Assembly (NCBI RefSeq): GCF_964204645.1
Contig: NC_134031.1
Location: 5,022,001-5,086,000 of the forward strand
Origin: Tubulanus polymorphus
Taxonomy: Eukaryota > Animalia > Nemertea
Direction: 5' to 3'
Length of the DNA: 64,000 bases
Shown here: positions 57,803-64,000 of the stretch, piece after piece
Layout of the letters: each line of letters opens with the position of its first letter
Numbering within the stretch: the first letter of the stretch is position 1
Position numbers and translations under genes: made by a program
Notes under the pieces: generated by a model
Database searches by the model: none
The model's input: only the letters and a program-made list of their open reading frames with translations
Told to the model about the DNA's origin: nothing

Positions 57803-60800
57803 ATGTCGGATCGTATTTCGAAGGCGGCCGAGGAAGAACTGCACTGTGATCTATGCGGTCGCATTTTCGACGATCCGCGCTTGCTTCCGTGTTTGCACTC
57901 ATTTTGCGCCGAGTGCATCAGCAAGGTGGACCCTTTCGAGATCAAACACGGCAGCGACGGCGAAGATAAGCGAATTCGACACGAAAGCTCGGACAGCAGT
58001 AGCTCACGCGAAAGCGGCGACTCGAGCCGCGGCGACCTCGACGGCAGCTCGGTCGAGGATATCGAATACGGCACTCCCAGCGTGGTCTGTAACGTAGTCG
58101 ATATACTCTGCCCGGTCTGCGACACCGAAGTTCAAGTACCTAAACAAGTCGAACATCTACCGGTAAACCATCTCGCGAAGAATAAAATAGCTTTGCTGGA
58201 TTTGTTGGAGAAAAATGACACCGCTGGATCTATCGTTTATTGCAGCCTGTGCACCTACGCCCAGGAGGCCGTGGCCTTCTGCGCGGTTTGCGAGGAAAAC
58301 ATGTGCAGCGTTTGTACAGAGGCTCATAAACGACAACGTCTGACCTGTAATCACACCATAGTTACAATAGATGAAGATTCAACGACCAGTACATTTCCAG
58401 CGATGGCGAAAAAGGTTCTGTTTTGTCGGAAGCACGCCTCCGAAGCGTTGAATCTTTTTTGCTGCACTTGCCAAAAATTGGTCTGCCGAGATTGCGTACT
58501 GGTCACGCATCGCGACCACAATTACGACTTCATCAGCGAATGCGCCGACGAGCAGAGATCCATCGTACGAAGTCTCGGTGAGAAGCTCGATCCGGTAAAA
58601 TCCCGCCTACAGGGGGCGCTGAATACGGTACAGAATGTGCGCGAGTTGGTTCTCGCGAAGGCCGAAGAAATGGAGGATAAGATAAACGAATTCATGGATA
58701 GTTACGTCACAGCAATCGAGGAATATCGTAATCGCCTGCTTGACAAACTGGACGCGATCTGCCGCGAAAAAGTCAAATCTTTGAAGCTGCAAAAGATATG
58801 CCTGCAGCAGAACCTGTCCGATTTGTGCCACTGTCACCGGTTCACGAAACAGCTAGTGGCCGAAAGTTCGGACGTGGAGGTGTTGAACACGAAAAACCTG
58901 GTCGCTTCGCGGCTGTTGACCGTCATCAAGCAAGACTATCCCGTCAAACCGGTCACTTGCGAATTCCTCGAGTTCGATTGCAAGGCCAAAGGTGACACGA
59001 TCGACGGATACAAAATGTACGGTACGTTGACCGATAAATTCGTCGATCCAAGCAAATGTCACATATCCGATTTCGGTAAGTAATGAACATCCGATGTCAA
59101 ATGCATCCATTTACAACGCTTGTTTTGGCAATATTCGATATTTCACAGCTTTATGTTTACATTTTCTATTTTACGCAACATTGATAAGGAGGTTTAGCAC
59201 CACTCTCGCCATTCTACAGACGGAGATAGTATCCTAACTTGCCACATTAAAAATTTTAACCCTCATCAGCCAATGGCTCTAAATTTATAGGGGTATATAG
59301 CGTATCCATCACGGGATAACACGGAGTCAATCTAAACCGTTTAAATAGTGATACAGTCAAACTGGCTAAGTAAATGCGATGCAGCCGATGACGACTTAGT
59401 GAGTTTAACCGGATTCTACCGAGTTTGGATCGGCCTTTGGATTTGTTATGGTGGGATATACCGCATTCTCTTTTTTAGAATTTCATTTCTATCATTGTAT
59501 TCTAATAGTACATGTATTGTAGACGGTACTTCCCGTGTAAAAATCTGAAATAGATTTGACACTTTCTGATACATTCGTACATTTCAAACGTCGATTAGCT
59601 CGTTCTCCTTTGAGCCGCGGGACTATTTTTGTGGCTTTAGTTTGTTTGCTCTTTTGCGGGGTAAGTTAATTCTTACCGTATGTTAAAAGCGCAAAATCTT
59701 AATCCTCGCCGCTTGCTGTATTTACAGAAAATAAAGGGCAAAATAGTTACCTGCAGGGGTTTATAGTACTAACTCCGTATGCGTAAGTGAGATTGCAAGA
59801 TAGCCAAAGTTTGTTTTTTCGCATCTATTGGCATTGAATACTTATTGGTCCTTTTACATTTTGAATTTAGATTTTTTGGGTGCCAAAGTCATTCAGATGT
59901 TTGATCAAAGCCTGTCTGGTTCAGGCAAAACTGGTCGAGATCGGGGATGATATGAGTATGTTATGATTATTCAATTGCGTTCTAAACAGAAATAATTCGT
60001 TATTTTCATTGTCTGTAGATCTGCAGACGTGCCGCGAGGATCAAACTTGTCAAATTACGCTGATAACCGTCGACCAGAAAGGTGACAAAATAGTTCATCA
60101 TTCGTCAGTCGTCAAAACCACGCTGGATTCAAAAGAAAACAAAAACAAGTAAGGCTAGAATTTCTCCTAATCGGCCGGGTTATTTTGTAAACTGCAATAA
60201 AATTTCAAATCAGTTCATTTCTATATCTGCCGGGTTTGTTATGTTAAGCTTGATCGTGATTTTTTAAAAAGCAATGTACAGGTATATAGGCGGCCGACCG
60301 GTTTAACTTTTAAATGCAGCAGAAATGAGAAACAAGGTATCAATTTGTTAGTAACCACGACTTCTATGAGTTCTACAAATTTCTGCAAATATATTTCTAA
60401 TTCTCTTGGCCTTCGTACTAACTTGTAAAATTAATGTCCACATTTTTTCATTTCAGAACAATCCCGCTGATTCGATCGTTCGACGAACACGGATTGTTAA
60501 CCTTGACGTTCACTCCCCAGTGTCAAGGTCGTTTCGTGTTGAACGTAACGGTTGATGGACAACACATCAAGGTACGATGGCAGTTGGATGTAGATAGCGC
60601 ATTCGATCCGTATAATATGAGAATTATTGAAATCTTCAAGGGGTTTTATGAATTGAACTTAAATAGATACCAACAACTTGAATACGTGATAGATTCTTTC
60701 GCTCTTTGTTGGCCTAATTATATCATTACTTTTATGGGAAATGTGAAACAAAACCTTCCTTAGGATTATAGGAAAATATATCAACGTCGCCGTACCATTG

Positions 60801-61134
60801 AGAAATTGTCCATCATCTTAGTCGTACGTTTCTTTCTACCCTCTGAGTGGGCTCGGTGATACCGGCCGTCTGCGGATGCTTCGTAGAAATCTCTTTTTAA
60901 AATCTGCATTTTTCTCTTGTAGTTAAATTCACAATCTATCGAGTAAATTTTAAAAATGAGACTTAGTTCGAATATAACCGAATTATTTCGATGCACTTGT
61001 ATTGTAGGATAGCCCGTATTCAGTAAACATTAAGCCCAAACGGCGCCGACATACGGGTATTTACCAGTGTTGTACGTTTTGCTCGACTTCCGGTAGAAGA
61101 GACGTCGCGTGCGGATGTGGAGGCACGATGCTAG
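57803..61134 (+). CDS. TRIM45: TRIM45-like E3 ligase (RING, B-box1, B-box2, coiled coil, filamin repeat, Cys-rich tail); last exon(s) not found in window. Exons 57803-59075, 60019-60148, 60457-60571, 61008-61134
   Basis: CDLC..LPCLHSFCAEC..CPVC RING with acidic insert; two B-boxes; filamin TFTPQCQGRFVLNVTVDGQHIKDSPY; HTGIYQCCTFCSTSGRRDVACGCGGTM resembles the TRIM45 C-terminal motif. Splice phases are compatible. Confidence 0.9.
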
Positions 61135-63299
61135 GTTCGTAAGGAATCGGTTTTTTTTCGCTAGCCCCGAGGTGGCAGCAGTAGGCTAGTTACATGTACC
61201 CAAATATAACGAACTTATGAATTCCAAGGACGCAATACATTGAAAAACCTAGCTAAATTATCATCTATGTGTTACCAGTATAATAGCCGCACTCTCAAAT
61301 TATAACTACCTAATTGGTTCATTTTTTTTCAAGTGGTATCATATTTTAGCGAAGACCTCAGTATACTTATATCTAGTCATGGATACGGAAAAGATCAATA
61401 AGTGACAAATTGATTTTTTTATAGCTACTTCACTGTGTTGTATTCAAAAACCGTTAGTTTGCCCTCACTAATTAGCCTGCTATTGTGGTGAATCGGCGGC
61501 TGTCAATGGTACCATGTTCTTTCCGTCGAGGATAGATAGCAGCTCCGATTGGCTACGGACTATGATTCGGAAAAATACATTCAATACGAATTTATTGGTT
61601 CAAAGTAACCGATTCAATGCAGAAAACCAGTCATCGCTGCTTTGCGGCTATATTCCTGTATTATTTTATCTAAGATATATTGCAGGAGAATATCAATATA
61701 TAATTTGAAATTCATGTGCGTCTCAATATTGATATGTTCTTGGACAAAATCAACAAAAATATTTTTTCAATTAAGAACAACACCATTAAAAGATCAAAAA
61801 CTGCAAAAAACCAAATGGCAGATTTTGTGTGGCATTTTTTCATCCTTATCTATTATGTGTAAAATGTTGTTGTGAACAAAACCCTGAAACTCTGAAAATA
61901 ATTTCGTTGAATCAAAACGAGAAATAAGGATACTTTTTATTAAAATACCTATAGTCCCTTCTCAAGTTCCTTTGCAGGGCTATCGAACCGCATAAATCTC
62001 CGAAAATGAGCCTTCTTCGTATAAAGTATATCATTTCCGTGCTATTATTCCACCATCTCCATTTGACTGCCAACTGTGTCGAGTAATAAATGTATACCAT
62101 ATAATTCTATACGTATTTCCATGAAATTTCGTAATTTATTTTCCACTCCTAATACAAAAGTAAAACGCGGCTAAGATTCATCCCGAAAGATTCGTATTGT
62201 TCATCGTATTGTTAATCTTCGTGCTCACATTTTAAGGCGAGCTATAATGCGAATTGTGACCGCGCGTAAAATCGACTTTTGTCGTCGAGGGGAAATTTGC
62301 CTGACTGATCGGCTTATCAACGCATTAAAAAGCCATTTACGCACATTCTGAAATCAGACACGAAACTACGAGAATCCCAACGGGGAAAACAACCACCGGT
62401 AGAATGCAATATTGTTCCGTGTTTCTCCCTAATAATGTTACGAAAAAAACCAAGTGATTTTCATTACCATATTGATGAAACAGTTCTGTTCGTGTCGAAA
62501 AGATGATGAAGAATCCCCACGCTATAATCCTTCACTATGAATAAAGATATTCTAATTTTTTTTTTTTCAGTACAAATTAATTTTATTAAACAAGTCAATG
62601 ATATACAAAATAAATACATGCTAAGGTCCAGAGGACATTACAAGCAATTACAATTATAATTGGAATGGCAGTGACATTTGACGGTGATATTCTAAAATGA
62701 TCCTTGCGCTAATAACTATTATGGTATAGTCGTATAGTCGAATTCTATCGAAAATCACTTTCCAACTCTCTTTTTTTGTTCTTGGAGTGATATTTTTGTA
62801 TTAGAAAGAAATAGATAGTTTTAGTGTTTCAAAATTTTTAAAAATTTTTCCGGGCCCATTTATATTATGAATTTGGTCGGAATCAGTGCGCTGTATGGTG
62901 ATAAACTGGACGTGCTTAACCGTCGATCAATAAAATCATTTATCGTACATATAGATTTCATCATTTACCTTTCCGAAACGACATGAATATCCCGCGTTTC
63001 CATTTCAGTTTACCGTGCATTACGCATAATGGCGATGAAATTTGATATCTATTCATCGATATGCATGTGTCATGTTTGTATATACTCAATTGACCAATAT
63101 CAGTATTAATTCGCGCAGCATCGCGTCAGCAATATATATCGCATCTACAATATACATTATAAACGAAGAACCGATTATTCTAGAACCGTGACCTTACCAA
63201 CCTTGGCAGATTCCATTAACCCTAACGAACCTTTTGGCAAACGAATTGCGGGTGAAAATTTCGAATCGAAGTTGCTTAGCGCCAGCTCATTTATTCGTT

Positions 63300-63655
63300 T
63301 GCGCTTAATCTCTTTTTCGGCTTGATATGATTCTTGCTTTGGCCAAGGCTAGTATGTATTATCATACTACGTTTAAGCGGTCCATACCATTACGTCGAAT
63401 TCATATGTCGCCACATACTTTGACATTTGGAGAGCGAAGTCCTTCGGCAAAAAGTTGTCGATAAGTTTTTAAAACTTGATTACTTGTTTGCGCTTGATCA
63501 ATTTTTCTGCTCAATCGATGTGATTCTTGTTTTGGCCTAACCGTGTTACTTTTAAGATACGGTCCATATTATATCGCCACATACTTTGACATTTAGAGAG
63601 CGAAGTCCCTCGGCAAAAAGTTGTCGATATGTTTTAAAAAACTTGATTACTTTTT
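63300..63655 (+). repeat. Two tandem ~170-190-bp units
   Basis: TCGCCACATACTTTGACATTT.GAGAGCGAAGTCC.TCGGCAAAAAGTTGTCGATA repeated at ~63408 and ~63574. Confidence 0.85.
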
Positions 63656-64000
63656 GAATTCACGTTTAGTTGGATTACGCTATTCAGTTTCTTATTTTTT
63701 GCCGATTAGAACGTTGAAGTAAGTTATTTCGAAGACGTAGTTTAGCATAGCTATTCGTAGTACGGATTCGAATGAATCTCCATGTATCATCTCAGGCTGC
63801 CAAAATGACCACCAAATCCGTCGGTTGCCGGTTCAGGCTAGTCAGAAAATTGTCTTCGCGAACCAGAACCGAAATTTCCAATATCATGTATGGGGTACAT
63901 CGATTTAGAAAGATTATGTAAACTCGACTCATCATCCAACATATATATTATATTTATTTGTACAAAATCAAACCCTGTTTTGTTCCCGGCAGTGGTGTTG

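Overview
AT-rich, intron-rich animal genomic DNA, probably a marine invertebrate (lineage not determinable). It holds four protein-coding genes reconstructed by eye from GT-AG exons. Two are tandem RhoBTB/RacA-type genes (Rho GTPase + 2 BTB + CaaX) on +, the first cut by the window start. One is a complete M13 neprilysin-family zinc peptidase on - (16420-46929, about 756 aa). The last is the 5' part of a TRIM45 orthologue on +. The main finding is the neprilysin's apparent combinatorial splicing. It has two separate pairs of equal-length duplicated exons, both inside the catalytic site (HExxH exon, 68 nt x2; VWC...HSP..R exon, 77 nt x2). Each pair has an intervening intronic element that can base-pair in two competing ways. 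It also has three candidate alternative first coding exons and an optional stalk exon with a furin-type site, giving up to 24 isoforms. RhoBTB copy 2 carries an alternative, degenerate GTPase N-terminal exon. Introns contain several MITE families, a Helentron/HINE-like element with a 154-bp satellite, and a repeat with tRNA-like inverted termini. All splicing and RNA-structure claims are sequence-based predictions without transcript evidence.
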